Positions 63,842-64,000 of a DNA stretch of 64,000 nt are shown here, piece after piece. The position numbers were made by a program, and so were the translations under genes. How positions within the stretch are numbered: the stretch's first letter is position 1; every line of letters starts with the position of its first letter. The notes beneath the pieces were generated by a model, which saw only the letters and a list, made by a program, of their open reading frames with translations, was not told the origin of the DNA and did not search any database. This DNA is from a virus. The stretch covers positions 1 through 64,000 of the IMG/VR virus record IMGVR_UViG_3300021364_003460. The stretch is one strand, 5' to 3'.

Positions 63842-64000
63842 GTAGAAAGCAAACAATAGAATTAGAGTGGTTTAATATAGAAGATAAAGAACCTGACCCT
63901 TTAACTCCTATAATTACAGATTGGGACTATTCATACATTTTAGTAAAAGAAGAAGATAGTGGATACTATGTTAAGGCTAATGACGTAGATGACTTTTCAA

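Noticed and set aside
1-64000. Genome-wide TGA reassignment, suggested by in-frame TGAs in rnhB and the polA-like gene
   Set aside because: Many genes end in TGA with ATGA start overlaps (6272, 11097, 18554, 54272), and nrdJ ends CPVR-TGA at its natural C-terminus, so TGA is a normal stop
1-64000. CRISPR arrays and tRNA genes
   Set aside because: No regularly spaced repeats and no T-loop/acceptor-stem tRNA pattern were found by eye; tRNAscan-SE would be decisive

Overview
AT-rich, gene-dense segment of a large dsDNA phage, probably a jumbo phage. An nblA gene and a cyanobacterial-type rlpA point to a freshwater cyanobacterial host. Most genes are short, co-oriented (+) hypothetical ORFs. Recognisable genes: kptA, barstar-like, ATP-grasp, rIIA/rIIB, rlpA, clpP-like, Cys-dependent phosphatase, SLOG/YspA, DUF4326, macrodomain, PduO-type cobalamin adenosyltransferase next to an intein-containing class II ribonucleotide reductase, a minus-strand tail-fibre pair, a complete Hen1-Pnkp RNA repair operon, phoH, nblA, recA/uvsX, a miniature ArgRS-like gene and a C-terminally short CysRS. 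Best candidates for undescribed biology: (1) a ~400-nt promoter-driven, multi-stem, apparently pseudoknotted non-coding region directly upstream of a stand-alone HNH nuclease (9365-10749); (2) two minus-strand, exonuclease-less family-A-polymerase-like genes that share an upstream hairpin and have origin-like DNA downstream, one with a divergent CopG-like gene and the other split by one in-frame TGA; (3) a phage-borne Pnkp-Hen1 system. No tRNA genes or CRISPR arrays were recognised. All calls come from motif reading by eye; no database searches were run.
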